Shown here: positions 1 through 13,974 of the stretch, piece after piece
How positions within the stretch are numbered: the stretch's first letter is position 1
Layout: every line of letters starts with the position of its first letter
Origin: Callorhinchus milii
Lineage: Eukaryota
Length of the DNA: 64,000 nt
Reading direction: 5' to 3'
Assembly (NCBI RefSeq): GCF_018977255.1
Contig: NW_024704742.1
Coordinates: 133,178,001 to 133,242,000 of the forward strand
The notes under the pieces: generated by a model
The model's input: the letters and a program-made list of their open reading frames with translations, nothing else
What the model was told of the DNA's origin: nothing
Database searches by the model: none
Made by a program: the position numbers and the translations under genes

Positions 1-682
1 GACTGTCCAGCACCTTGGTATGTCCCCCAGACTGTGGAACTCTATCCCACAATCCCTCCGCCTCACGCCCTCTCTTGCCTCCTTCAAGTCCCATCTAAAG
101 ACCTTCCTCTTCGACCATGGCTTCAGCCATCCTCCCACCCCCAACTACCCTTGCTCTCCACCCCTCCTGACCCAACTCCCAGCTCGGGTCCAAAAACCCC
201 TGACTCTCCAGTACCTTGGACCATCCATTCACTTCATGGCTGTTTGTGGAACATTGCTGTGCATAAATTGGCTGCCATGGTCATCTATAAAATACAGTTA
301 AAATAAATTACATGTCATAGTGAAGCGCTTTCAGACATCTCAACGATGCAAAAAGGGATTACATTAGATGCAAAACTCAAGGATTGTTGTTTTACAGTCC
401 AATACATCAGTCCTGCCACCAATTTCTGTATTATTACTGAAACATTCGTCAGGCAGAGCTGCAGATGTGATGTCTTTGCTTATAAACATAAATCTCACTT
501 ATAAACACCGAACATTCCCACAGTCCAAAGCTCAGCTCGGTATTTATAAACATCCAGCAAGCTGACTGTCCATCAGTCCAAGCTCCGAGTATAAACATGT
601 ACTCGTTCAGATTGAGTTTATAAATTGGGGAGCAACTACCTTAGACTGCCCTTGTGTGCAGTGCCAAGGAGGGATTGAGATA

Positions 683-1000
683 TAAGAACATAATAACATA
701 AGAAATTGCTAGGCTAAAGAAGATCATGGTCCATCTAGTTCGTCTTCACCACCATATTGTACCCCAAGATATTATTTTCTAACAGAAATCTGTCTAAGTT
801 GTTCTTGAAAGAATCAACGCTTTCTGCTTCCATCGTTTCACTAGGGAGCCTGTTTCATATGTCTATTTCTCGCTCACTGAAGTAGTGTTTCCGCAAATTT
901 GTTCTGAATTTATCCCACTTCAATCGCAGGCCGTGTCCTCTGGTTCTACTGTTCAGTACAAGATAAAACAGGACTTATCGTGGTCTACATTTTCCAGTCC
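683..1000 (-). mobile_element. CR1 3' fragment
   Basis: aagaacata/acataagaa tail and decayed CR1 ORF2 C-terminus. Confidence 0.7.
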
Positions 1001-1703
1001 CATTATCATCATCATTAATTCACAGAACCGTGTCAATTACAGACCAAGGCTGCCACCCCCAAGGCTACTCACAGTTGCTGTGATAATTATCACAATCGAT
1101 CAAAGCAACAACGACGACTAATCTTACATTTGATACAGTGCCTTTCACATCGGAGGACAAGTCAAAGCGCTTCACAGGATTTACTGTAAAGTGCAGTGAC
1201 TGTATTATGTAGGTGAATGGGGCAGCCAATTTTCACAAAGCAATATCCCATAAAATAGCCATGAAATGAATGGTCGATTTTATCCAGCGGTATTGTTGGT
1301 GAAGACACCGGGAGAAATTCCCTCCTCTTATCGACTATTGCCGTGAGGTCTTTCACATCCATCTGAACAGGCAGCTAGGGTGTTGTTTTCATGTCCCATC
1401 CAAGGGTTATGATCAAAAGTAATCAATAATTATCAGATGGGTGGCAGGGAATTAATTCCAAGATCAGCATGTTTTGTTCAATCTGATCGGGGGTGAAATA
1501 ATTCTCACGTGGTATTAATGAGGGCAAATTAATGACTGAAGCGGGGTTATCAGGAAGAATCATGGAGGCCAGGTCCTGCTGGATTTATTTCATAAATAGC
1601 TTGCCAGTCTTGAAAGGAGACAACATACAGAGGTCTATAACATTATAAATGTGTTTGGAAAAGTAAACACAGAACAATACTCTCAGATGCACTGAGACAG
1701 TAG

Positions 1704-3345
1704 AACAACAACAGCAAGATTACATTTGTATAGCGCCTTTCACGTCAGGAGGACGTTGCAAGATACTGGACAGTGTACAGCATTTCGGACCTGAGCTGGG
1801 GTCAGGGAGGGAGAAGGGAGGGGAGGGGAAGGGGAGAGGCTGATGGCATGGTTGAAGAGGAAGGTTTTGAGGTGGGACTTGAAAGAGGTTAAGGAGGGGG
1901 CGAGGCGGAGTGATTGTGAGATGGAATTCCAGAGGTTGGAGGCAGAGTGGCTGAAGGCTCTCCCGCCAATGGTGGGGTGGGTGGGTCGGGGAACATGGAG
2001 CAGGCCGGAGCCGGCTGAGCGGAGAAAATGGGTGGGTTGATACAAAAACAACAACAACAACAAGATTCCATTTATAGAGCGCCTTTCACGTCGGGAGGAC
2101 GTCCCAAGATGCTGGACAGTTGGGTCAGGACCCGAGCAGGGGGGAAATGGTCAGGATGAAGGGAGGGAAGGGAGGGAGCGAGGAGGGGGTAGAGAGTCGA
2201 GAGGGGAGCTGAAGGCACGGTCAAAGAAGAAGGTCTTAAGACCGGCCTTGAAGGAGGAAAGGGAGGAGGCAAGGCGAAGGCACTGGGGGATGGAGTTCCA
2301 GAGCCTTGGGGCTGAGAGGCTGTAGGCCCGGCCATCGATGGTAGGGCGGTTGGGGCGGGGGATGTGGAGCAGACCGGAGCCAGAGGAACGGAGGGTACGG
2401 GCAGGTAAGTAGGGGGATAGTAGGTCGGAGAGATAGGAGGGAGCAAGGCCGTGAATGGCCTTGTAGGTAAGGATGAGGATCTTGAATTCGACCCTCTGGG
2501 GGATGGGAAGCCAGTGGAGGCGAGCGAGGGTGGGAGTGATGTGGTCCCGAAGCCTGGTGCGGGACAGTACACGAGCTGCAGAGTTCTGAATGACCTGCAG
2601 CTTGTGGAGGGAGGTGCCGGGAAGGAGAGGAGAGAGTTCCCATAGTCCAGCCTTGAGGTGATAAAGGCGTGGACCAGAGTTTCAGCAGCGTGAGGGGTGA
2701 GGTAGTGCCATAGTCTGGCGATGTTCCGGAGGTGATGGAAGACGGTGCCAGTTGTGGCGCGGATATGAGGGAGAAAGGACAGCTCAGGGTCGAACAGAAC
2801 CCCGAGGTTCCTGACGGCTTTGAGAGGTGGAGAGTGCAGCCTTGGATGCTGTCAGCGCCAGAGGTGCGGAGGCGCTGATGCGAACCAATCAGGAGGGCCT
2901 CAGTTTTACGCACGTTGAGCTGGAGAAAGTTATCTCTCGTCCAGGACTCGATGTCGGACAGGCAGGCTGTCAGGACATCGGTGGTCGTGGAGTTGAGGGT
3001 AGAGGAGGAAAGGTAGAGTTGGGTGTCATCCGCATACAAGTTAACCCCATGTCTGCGGATGATGTCACTATCATGATAGGGGGTTAGGAGGTCGCAGAGG
3101 TAGAGTGGGGCGAGGCCATGGAGGGTTTTGTATGTGAGGACCAGGATCTTGAACTGAATCCTCTGAAGGATAGGGAGTCAGTGGAGTCGGGTGAGAGTAG
3201 GGAAGATGGGGTCATGGAGTTTGGTGAGAGGACACGGGCTGCAGAGTTCTGGATTATCTGCAGCCTGTGGAGGGAGCAGTTGGGAAGGCCGACAAGCAGG
3301 GCGTTTGCACAGTCGAGCCTGGAGGTGATGAAGGCATGAACAAGA
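1704..3345 (-). mobile_element. Older L2 3' fragment split by the young L2 (1704-2042 and 3074-3345)
   Basis: Decayed L2 C-terminal peptide ([22 protein letters not shown]) and CAA-type tail. Confidence 0.8.
2043..3068 (-). mobile_element. Young L2 3' fragment (YADD to tail) inserted in an older L2
   Basis: Near-identical to 17686-18812. TSD TGATA at 2038-2042 and 3074-3078. Confidence 0.9.
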
Positions 3346-4976
3346 TCTTACGATCACATCAAATGGTTAATAAACCCCATATATTTCCCCCTGTATCACC
3401 AGTGATTACATCACATGCTGGATTTTGACCCCTTGGGCCTACACTCCAAATCCCTCCTCTTTCACCCTTTGACATTGTTCCTCGTCAAATACCTGTCCAG
3501 TCCCCTTTAAAACAACGTCACGCTCCCAACTCTAAAAGCTGCACGTGACAAACCTTTCGCAGATTAAATTTCCACGGAGCATTACACGCATTGCCTTTGG
3601 CAAGTGCGATTGTAATGGGAAATCCCATTAGTGGCCAACATCATCAAAGGTGATGTGTGTAACAGAGACTCCCCCCCCGTCCATGTTCTGATAATCCTCT
3701 GCGTGAAAAAGAAATCCTGTAGCCTTCCTGCCTCTTAACTCTTCCAGGGACAATCTTGGGTTGGTGCCCCGTTTTATTCATTCACCAACCAGTGTGAATA
3801 ATTGCAATATTCTTCCTCCTTGTTCATACCCCACGTCATACAGTCTAGGCTGACACTCCAATGCAGTCTTGCACTCGCTAGTTGAAAGGGGACGGCTGTC
3901 CTTCGGATTAAACTGAAGTCCCGTCTTGCCTGTTCAGGTGATCTTGATAGATCCTGCGACACTACTCAAAATGAATAAGGAGCTTCTCATGATGACCTGA
4001 TTGACAACTGAGAGGTTTTTTACTATGCAGTGCAGTGACTGTATGTTTTCTGTTGTGGGTAAATGCTGCAGCCAAGTTGCACGCAGCAATGTTCCACAAA
4101 CCACTCTGAAATGAACATTGGATTTTATTTGGGGAACTGCTGGCCAAGACATTGGAAGAAACACCCTTCTCGTTCTGAATAGCGCCAGCAACAACAACGA
4201 CTTACATTTATATAGCACCCCCTCACGCAGGATAGTGTCCCAGAATACCATTGGATCTTTAGCATCCATCTAAACACCGAGATGGGACCTCCATTTAACT
4301 TCTCATCGAGAGGGCTGCACCTCTGACAATGCAGTGTTCCCACAGCACTGTATTGGAGAATCGATCGAGGTTACAAGCTCAAAGTTCTCAATATGGGGCT
4401 TAAACCCACAATTTACTGGCCCAGAATTCTGGTGTGCTGCCAATGGACCTTTTAGCCCGCAAAAATGCATAGACATTGCCAGCATATTGCGTTAATGTAT
4501 TTATGGATAAGTTGGATATGTTCTGATTTTCCAAGATGGTAAAAAGGAAGCAAAACAGATTCAGAAAGGGAGTCTGGAATCTATTCTTGCACCAAAGCCC
4601 CCTGAGGCCTTGCTATACCACTGAGATCCCAAGTTGCCTGAAGACTCCTGTAGCAACCAATAATAATAATAATCGTTGCATTTGATATAGCACCTCATCA
4701 CATCTTCGAGACCTCTCAAAGTGCTTCACAGAATATACTGTAAAGTGAATTGACTGTATATTTTGTGGGCGAAACGTGGAAGCCAATTGCTCACAGCAGA
4801 GTCCCACAAACAGTCGTGGATTGAGTGAACAGATTATTTTTGTTTTAAATTTTTTGGAATTTCTTTCAATTTTTCAATCCCTAGTGCAAGTGAGTCAAAA
4901 CCTCCAGGGCACAGCAAACTGAGAGGAGAAAATGAAATAGGGTCAAGTTACATCCATCGTCTTAGTAACTTGAATG

Positions 4977-5392
4977 AGGAGTGCAGTAGCGTAGTGGTCA
5001 GCACGCTTGCCTCACAAGCGAGAGGATCTGAGTTTGATTCCCAGCGGGGAGAAACCTTAGACAAGTTTCCTTTCTCCCACACACCTTTTAATCTCGCGGT
5101 AAGTTGCAAATTAGTCGATTGTCGGATCACTTTCCGGGAGTAATAATCCCTCCAAAAAATGAATTTAAAAAATTGTTCACTCAATCCACGACTGTTTGTG
5201 GGACACTGCTGTGTGCAATTGGCTGTTGCGTTTCACCCACAAAATATACAGTCAATTCACACTACAGTATATTTCACTCACAAAGTATACAGTCAATTCA
5301 CGTTACAGTATATTCTGTGAAGCTTTGAGACGTCTCGAAAACGTGATAAGGAGCAATATCAAATTTAAATGCAAGGATTATGATTATTATGC
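4977..5392 (+). mobile_element. tRNA/CORE/partial-Deu SINE (family A, long form)
   Basis: A/B boxes, CORE-like segment, tgtgggacactgctgtgtgcaattggctg, stem-loop and (ATT)n tail. Confidence 0.8.
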
Positions 5393-7159
5393 TGTGTGAA
5401 GCAATTTGAGACATCTCAACAACGTGCTAAGGCACTATATCAAATTCAAGGATTATTATTGAAGGCTGACGTATACACCTTGGCAGTACATTCAGGTGCT
5501 CACTGAAATCAAGAACAGCGGTTAAAAAGAAGAGACTGACATTTTATTAAGATGTTTATGCCAGGTTGCTGCTCTCTGGTAGTCTTGTTCTGACATATTT
5601 ATAAGGCAAATTGGTCTTGGCACAGAGAGTGTACTTGTCAGTTTGCAGAATTTGGCATAAGGTTTCGATAATGAGTCCCCAACATCAGGCCTCTACATGA
5701 ATAGCAGAAACAGAACGTGAAGTCCTGTAGCGTAGTGGTTAGCTTATATGTATATTTATATATATGTATATTTATTTTTTAAATCATTCATTTCCAGGAT
5801 TGAAAGTTCTGTATAATCTATAAGCTATTTTTCTTCCGAGAGAGGGGCAGTGTCACACTTTTATCGTGTTTATCTTATTCTTCCCACCCAAAAAAAATGC
5901 ACAAGGATATTGTGCCAAAAGCTATAATAGCCAAAGTGATATTCTAGCTGGAAATGTTGCAATGTTAAATTGTTGGTTGTTGCATTGAGAACAAATTGAA
6001 CAACACATCTGTTCTACGTTAGCATTATTCACACATTGTAAGAAAGGCACAGACCAAATCTTTAAAGGGTTAAATAGCCGTTCCTTTATATGGCTGTTTA
6101 CAAGATGTTGCTGTGCGCAAATTGGCTGCACAATGCCACAGAATAGAAAGTCACTCCACTTTACAGTAACTTTTTATTTGGGGGCTTGTTGACTGGGACA
6201 TGGGGATAAACTCTCTCCTCTTTTCAAATAGTGCTATGGGATCTGAACAGACAGACGGGACCTCAGTTTAACCTCTCATCTAAAGGAGACCAACTCTGAC
6301 AATAGCAAACCCCCAGAAATGCAACGGAGTGTCAGAATAGATTATATGGGTTCACACAACAACAAGAATAACAAATTAGATTTGTATAGCGCTTTTCATG
6401 TCAGGAGGACATCCCAAGGCGCTGGATAGTCAGGGATCCGCACCCAAGCTGGTGGTTGGGATCAGGAGGGGTGGAGGGCTGGGGTAGGAGGGTGACCGAA
6501 GGCATGGTCGAAGTGGAGGGTCTTGAGATGGGTCTTGAAAGAGGCAATGGAGGGGGCAAGGTTGAGTGACTGTGAGATGGAGTTCCAGTGGGTGGGGGCA
6601 GAGAGGTTGAATGGTGGGGCAGGCAAGGCGGAGGACATGAAACAGACTGGAGCCCGCTGAGCGCAGGGAGCGGACAGGTTGTTAGAGGTTAGAAGGTCAC
6701 AGAGGGAGGGAGGAGCAAGGCCCTGAAGGGCTTTGAAGGTGACAATCAGGATCTTGAACTGTATCTTCTGATTGATGGGGAGCCATTGGAACTGGGCGAA
6801 GGTGGAGGTGATGGAGTCATGATTTGGAACTTGAACTCACAACCTTCTGACTCATCGGGACTTGGAATCACGTTGTCTAAGCTCACACTCCAATGCAGTG
6901 ATGAGGGTGTGCTGCATTGTTGGAAGAGTTGTCCTTCAGATGAGACGTTATACCGAGATCCCATCTGCTTGCTCAGGTGGACGATAAAGATCCCATGGCA
7001 CTATTCGAAAAGAGAAGGGAGTTTCTCCCGGTGTCCTGGTCAACAATCCCCCAATTAAAAAAAATTGGTCACTCACTCAACGACTATTTGTGGGACGTCG
7101 CTGTGCGCAACTGGCTGCCGAATTTCGGGGACAAAACACAGTCAATCCACTTTACAGTA

Positions 7160-7456
7160 ATAATAATAATTCTTGCATTTGATATAGCGCTTTTTCACGT
7201 ATTCTAGACGTCTCAAAGAGCTTCACAGAATAGACTGTAAAGTGAAGTGACTGTATGTTTGTGGGTGAAATGCGGCAGCCAATTGCAGTGTCCCACAAAC
7301 AGTCGTGGATTGAAATGACCAATTTATTATTTTTTGAGGGATTGTTATTAGGCGTGTGGAGTAAGGAAACTTGCCCAAGATTTCACCCTGCCAGGAATCG
7401 AACCCAGGTCTCTCGCTTGCAAAGCGAGTGCTCTAACCACTGACCTACAGGACTCC
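7160..7456 (-). mobile_element. SINE family A (short form)
   Basis: Full head to tail on the minus strand. Confidence 0.85.
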
Positions 7457-7997
7457 ACTGAGCTACAGTTCTGACTCCATACTGAGCTACAGTATACTCG
7501 GTGAAGAGTTTTGTGATGTTTCAATGACGTGATAAGGCGCTACATTAAACGTAAGGATTATTATTATTATTATTATCATTCTAGATTTGTTGGCACAAAT
7601 GTTGCACAGTGCGTGTTCCTGTTGCCTTCTGTCTTGTAGATTTGAATCTGCGTTTAAGCGGTTGTCAGCCCGAGAAACGGGAAGGATTTTGTAGACTTGA
7701 CATCAAGATATTTCCGTTCATTCTAGCTTTGCGTGTGAGTGGGACACACAGGCAAATGGGGGAGCCAAAGAGAAGGCTGGGGAAGTGTTAGAATCTAACA
7801 GTAAAAGCTATAAAACGCACAGAGATTGTACATGCTATCCCTGTATACTCTCTGTGCGCTGTGTATGTGAATTCTGCCTCCACCCTTAATTCTATGTGGC
7901 TGTCTCTTCCGACAGTCGACCTACCAGATGTCAAGTCCTGCCAGTCACTAAGTGCTGTCTCCCTCCCCACTCAGGCTCCCACTCACTTTATAAAGTG

Positions 7998-8308
7998 TAG
8001 TCCTGTAGCTCAGTGGTTAGAGCACTCGCCACGCAAGCGAGAGACCTGGGTTCGATTCCCAGCAGGGCAAAACCTTGGAGAAGTTTCCTTACTCCGCACG
8101 CCTGATAATAATCCCTCAAGAAAAGAAACAGAAATAATTTAGTTACTCAATCCACCACTGTTTGTGGGACACTGCTGTGCGCATTTGGTTTCCACGTTTT
8201 GCCCACAAAAGATACAGTCGATTCACTTCACAGTATATTCTGTGAAGCGCTTTGAAACGTCTCGAAGACTTGAAAAGTGCTATATCAAACGCAAGGATTA
8301 TTATTATT
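7998..8308 (+). mobile_element. SINE family A (short form)
   Basis: TAGCTCAGTGG A box, GGTTCGATTCC B box, (ATT)n tail. Confidence 0.85.
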
Positions 8309-9255
8309 CATTACATGGCTGTATGTGGGACATTTCTGCTCACAAGTTGCCTGCCGTGTTTGCTGACACTGAACTTGAAAGAAAACCTTGAGATGTTTTG
8401 ATGTTACGGGCACTGAATCAAATGGAAGGATTATCATCATTACATGTTTCGCTCACCAAGAAACACGGCGACACAGAGGTGGCAATCTGTCTGGCTGCAT
8501 TTTGATCCACCGCTTAATAATTAGTTTAATTGGTGTTTTAGTGGTTGTACACTCAGACACACCCAAGCACGCCTGTGATTAAAAGCCCAAAACATGACTT
8601 AACTGGACCAAAGCCAGAAGTTAGTTTGATGGTAAAGTAACAGGCTAATTGCTAAAGAGGTGCTGACACTACCACAAACAGACTGATTTCCACCCATGGC
8701 TATTGGGATGCAACCGCCTAGAAACTCCAACTGTAATCCTTGCTAACAGGATTTTCAGGATAATGGTCCCAATCTTCCGGCAGCAGATGAAAACCACTTC
8801 ACACACAGACTTGAAAGGCAGTGAAGTGGCCTCTGTATCTCGGAAAGTCTCGACTGAAATAGAATTCATAAAAACAATACAACAGGAAGGACCTGTTAGT
8901 CCAAAGTTTCGATTCCCAGCAGGGTGAAATCTTGGGCAAGTTTCCTTACTTCACATGCCTGATAATGATCCCTCAAGAAAAAAAACAATAATAAATTGGT
9001 CACTTCAACTTCAATCCACGACTGTTTGGGGGACACTGCTGTGCGCAATTGGCTGCCGCGATTCACCCTCAAATATACAGTCAATTCATTTTACAGTATA
9101 TTCTGTGAAGCGTTTTGAGACGTCTAGAAGATGTGAAAAGCACTATATCAAATACAAGGATTATTATTTCTTATTATGACTACTGGAAAAATCTCAATAA
9201 TTCTCAGGTCTCTTTGCTTCCCCCCCTGTTGTGCCGTTTGCACTTACCCAATTTT

Positions 9256-9266
9256 TATTATTATTG

Positions 9267-9340
<74 letters not shown>

Positions 9341-9344
9341 AATA

Positions 9345-9379
<35 letters not shown>

Positions 9380-9392
9380 CATTATTATTATT
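9256..9392. repeat. (TAT)n / (CAT) / (TAA) trinucleotide microsatellite
   Basis: Read directly. Confidence 0.95.
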
Positions 9393-10179
9393 CAGCTTTG
9401 CTTCCTTTAAAAGATTCAATGCTGGAACCTAGTCATGAAGTATATTGGTTAGCGTACTTGCCTCGCAAGCGAGAGGACCCGGGTTTGATTACCGGGCAGG
9501 GCGAAACTCAAGATTCCTTATTCCACACACCCCTGTTTACCTAGCAGTAAGTAGGAACCCGGTTGTTAGTGGATTGGCGGATCGCTTTCCGGGGGTAATA
9601 ATCCCTCAAAAACAATTTTCTCACTCAATCCCAATGTTTGTGGGCTACAGCTCAGCTTTCAACCCAGGCTTTGTGAAGGGTGCAGTATAAATGCAAGTTG
9701 TTGTTATTAAGCAAGGTCTTAACTTTTCGTTAAAGATTCTGCGACGCTATTTGAAAAGAAAAGAGAGTTTTTCCAAGTGTTCGGGCCAACAACCCTCCAG
9801 TTAACTTCATCATTTACTCCATGGCTGTCTCATGACCTCGCCATGTGCAAAAGGGCTACTGCGTTTATCTACACTTACAGCAATTACTTCCAATGCTTTG
9901 AGACATTTTGACACTGTGGGCACTGGATAAGATGCAATGACTGCTATTACCAAAGTGTTTAAGGACCTCATTCCAGGACCTATGCTGTAGCCTCTGGAAG
10001 AAAGAGGGGGGTTGCAGGAGTTTGCTCTCTCGTAAAGCATTGGTGAGTTACATAGGGCTGGGTGATATTTCAGCACAGTTTGCGCACAAAATCTTGTTTA
10101 GGAGGCAGGGAGAAAGTGAGGGTAGCGGGGAGAGAGGGTGGAAAGAGAGAGGTGAGAGGAGAGAAAAACAGGAAATGAA

Positions 10180-10610
10180 TAATACTAATAATCCTTGAAT
10201 TTGATATTGTGCCTTCTCACATTGTTGAGATTTCTCAAAGCGCTTCACAGAATATACTGTAAAGTGTTTTTTGACTGTGTATTTTAGTGAGTGAAACGCG
10301 GCAGCAAATTGCGCACGGCAGTGTCCCACAAACAGTCATTGAGTGAATTTTTATTTGGGGGATTGCTAGCCAGGACACCAGAAGAAACTCCCTTCTCTTT
10401 TCGAATCGTGCCACAGGATCTTTACGTCCATCTGAACAGGTAGATGAGACCTTGGTTTAACATCTCATCTGAAGGATGGCACCTCTGACAATGCAACCCC
10501 CCACCCCCCCAGCACTGCATTGGAGGGTCAGTTTAGACAATGTGATTCCAAGTCCCGACCAAAAACCTTCTAACTCAGAGGTGAGAGAGCTACCATTGAG
10601 CCAAGCTGAG
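10180..10610 (-). mobile_element. SacSINE1-like DeuSINE (family B)
   Basis: Head cagcttggctcaatggtagc..ctctgagt.agaagg; Deu domain gatgagatgttaaacc..gg..c.tct.cctgttcagatgga..taaagatcc. Confidence 0.8.
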
Positions 10611-11055
10611 AAAGTGGAGAGATGAGGGAAGAGAGAGGTAGGAGAGGGAAGAAATAGAAGGGAGAGAGGTTGGAAAGAAAGGGAAGAGAATAGAGAAAGA
10701 GGAGAAAGAGAGGGCAGAGGAGGAAATGACAGAGCAAGAGGGGGAAAAAGAGGAGAGAAGGGGGGAAGTGGAGTAAGCGAGAATTAAGGTTCACCTTTTA
10801 GGGGAGGGTAATTGACCCTATCTAGTTGATTGGATCTGCGTTTGATGTGTCTTAAAAGAACAAGATATTTGCAGGTTTTTGAGCTTGTGCCAAGTGGCGG
10901 AGCAAGTCTACAGACAACCCCTCCCTTGACTTGGGTTGACATGTCCAGGATCACTTCTGGAATGGAAGGAAGGAAGGGATGTGGGAGGGAACTGTCACCA
11001 TGTCCCGAATATTTTTTTGATGTTTGGCTTTGTGAAACAAGATAGTTGCTCCCCT

Positions 11056-11089
<34 letters not shown>

Positions 11090-11450
11090 CACCTCCCACT
11101 CTTTACCAGCTAATATTTTCTGTAGGATTAAATCACTCAGGGCCGACCGACCCCCTGCTTCCAAAGCTTTAAAAGAAAACTGAGCTTCAAAGGATTTAGA
11201 TTTAATGCGCAGAACACTAATATTCTCTAATGCCATTAAATCTTTTTTTATTATTTTGCACAAAGCAAAAACATTGCACGTGGCTTTTAACATTCTTTGG
11301 CAACATATTTGTACCCTTTGCCTCTTCCCCTGTCCCCCCTGCTCTGCACACAAAGCATTCCAATGAACGATTGTAGCATATTGACCCTCAAAGCGAACGT
11401 TATACATTTTGTGGTCATAAAATGTGGGTTCGATCAAAGTAAGGATGCTG

Positions 11451-11832
11451 GTGTCAGCCTGGCTCAGTTGGTAGGAGTCTCGCACTCTCAGTCAGAAAGC
11501 TGTGAGTTCTTAAAGGCTTTGATCTCATACATTCTATGCTGATGCTCCAATGCAATGCTGTGGAAGGGACCCTGCGTTGTCAGAGTTGCTGTCCTTCGGA
11601 TGAGATGTTAAACCAAGGTTCCGTCTGCCTGTTCGGATGTTAAAGAACCCGTGGTGCTATTTGAAAAGAAAAGGGAGTTTCTCCCGTTTCCCTGGCCAAC
11701 AATCCCCCAAATAAAATTGGTCATTCATCTCAAGACTGTTTGTAGGATATTTGCTGTGCACTCTTTGGCTGCTGCGTTGGTCTACAAAATACATACTGTG
11801 ACTTTACAATTAATTTTGTGAAGTGCTTTGGG
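11451..11832 (+). mobile_element. SacSINE1-like DeuSINE (family B)
   Basis: gtgtcagcctggctcagttggtag head, full Deu domain, shared 3' part. Confidence 0.85.
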
Positions 11833-12459
11833 ATAATAATAATAATAATAGTAATAATAATAATAAATAAATAATGATCCTTGCATTTGATATAACGCTT
11901 TACCATGTCTTCGAGACTTCCCAAAGCGCTTCACAGCATACACTGTAAAGTGTAGTGATGTCTTGACAACATGATAAGGCGCTATAATGAATGCGAAAGA
12001 TTATTTTCTTCTTCTCAGACTTAATTTAAAAACTATTTTGTCTGTGGTCTTTGAAAAGAACCGGCTCCCAAAACAGCTGGATTGAAGGATTTTTCACAAT
12101 TATAAACCACTGTAGATTTTGAGAGCAAATCTCCGCACAGCCTTAGACTTGTTGACAATGTGTTTGGATTTGTTATGGACACTGGCGTCCTCTGGTGGAT
12201 CAGTATAAAGTGGCAGAATTTCCCAATTTGCTGAATGTAGATTTTTGCTGTATTGGCCTTTCCAGATTTAAATATCAGACGTTAATCCGATGTCCAGTCT
12301 CCTATTCAGATGGACATTAAAGATCCCAAGGCACTGTTCGAAAAGAGAAGGGAGTTTCGCCAGGTGCGCTGGCCAACAAATCCCGCAACGAAAATTGCTC
12401 ATTCACTTTATGCAAAAATTGGGTACCACAAAATACCCAGTGATCCACTTTACAATATC

Positions 12460-12772
12460 ATAATAATAATAATCTTTGCTTTTTATTTGCATTTTTCACT
12501 TCTTCTGGACGTCTCAAAGCTTTTCACAGAATAGACTGAAAAGTGAATTGACTGTATATTTGTGGGTGAAATGCGGCAGCCAATTGCGCACAGCAGTGTC
12601 CCATAAACAGTCGTGGATTGAAGTGACCAATTTATTATTTATTTTTTTTCTTGAGGGATTATTATCAAGCGTGTGAAGTAAGGAAACTTGCCCAAGATTT
12701 CACCCTGCAGGGAATCGAACCCTGGTCTCTCGCTTGCAAAGCGAGTGCTCTAACCACTGAGCTACAGGACTT
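12460..12772 (-). mobile_element. SINE family A (short form)
   Basis: Full-length minus-strand copy. Confidence 0.85.
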
Positions 12773-13974
12773 CACATATATCCTGTGAAGCTCTTTGAGA
12801 CGTCTCAATGATGTGAAAAGGTGTTATAACAAATGCAAGGATTATTTTGTTATGATAAGATTTGCCCAAGAGTCATACATAACGAGAATTCAGATGGGAA
12901 CAAAGCCAAACCTCCGCGTGAAGGAAATAAGTTATGAGTAACGATAAGGCATAATCTAGGGCTCTTCAGCCTTGAAAAAAGATGTCCCAGACAAATTCCT
13001 GATAAGAAAAGTAAAATCAGATAAGATTTTAAATGGTATTGAGAAAGTAAACGTAGATCAATACTTTCGGAAGTGCCGAAATGGCAGAACAAGAGGACAC
13101 AGGTTAAGATAACCCGTTCTGAATACATCTCCAACCCCTGCGATGGGATACGATTTTCACCAGTTAATGGGTTCAAAAAGGCTTGTTAACATTAGCTTGT
13201 CGCCAGTGAACAATGTTATAATAATAATAATCCTTACATTTGTTATAGAGCCTTTCACATCAGGAGGATATCCCGAAATGTTTCTCAGCATATACTGTAC
13301 TGTTAAGTGGCGTGACTGTGTTTTGTGGGAGAAATTATTTTTCATTGTTATAAACAACTTTGCATGTGATACTTTGGTTGGAAATCCAATTGGGGTGGGT
13401 GGCGGGAACAGAATCATTGTCATTCACGCTAGTGGGGGGGGGTGAGAGAACGGTTTGGAGCATTATTCATTGTATTCGGTCAAAAGTGAAGCGCTCTTGT
13501 TTGAAAGGCTCTTGGCATTGTGGTGCCGGTTTGCAGCCTACCCTGAAACTGGCCTCAGACTAGGACAATCCTTTAGTGTTTGCTCAGATCAGAGAGGAGC
13601 ATGTTGACGATAGCTATGTAGCTTTTGGACTGACGTTGATTAAAGTATTTGAGCTGAGCTAGTTGTGGAGGCTCTATCTTCTTCTCCAGCAAAAGGACTG
13701 GGTGTCCTGATTTGGCAGGAACTCCGTGTTCCCGTTTGGCAAGACTTTATTCCTTGCTCCTGCGTTCAAAACCACTCACACTAATGGACTTGCTGAGGTC
13801 AGGTGGCTTCTTTCCAGAGTCTGTCCTCAAATCAGAAAATACGTTGAGCTCTGTAGAGTCACAGAAATAAAGTTAGACAGAGTGCCATGATGGAATATGG
13901 CATGAAAACAACGCATTTGAGCCAACTAATCTATTCCCCACTCCTAAACCCATCTAAGTCCCTTATCCCTCACC

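Noticed and set aside
9115..9544. Poly-I, poly-Y and poly-N ORFs
   Set aside because: Trinucleotide microsatellite.
10784..11485. 233-aa minus-strand ORF
   Set aside because: Starts in a SINE head, crosses a (CA)n repeat and has no recognisable motif.
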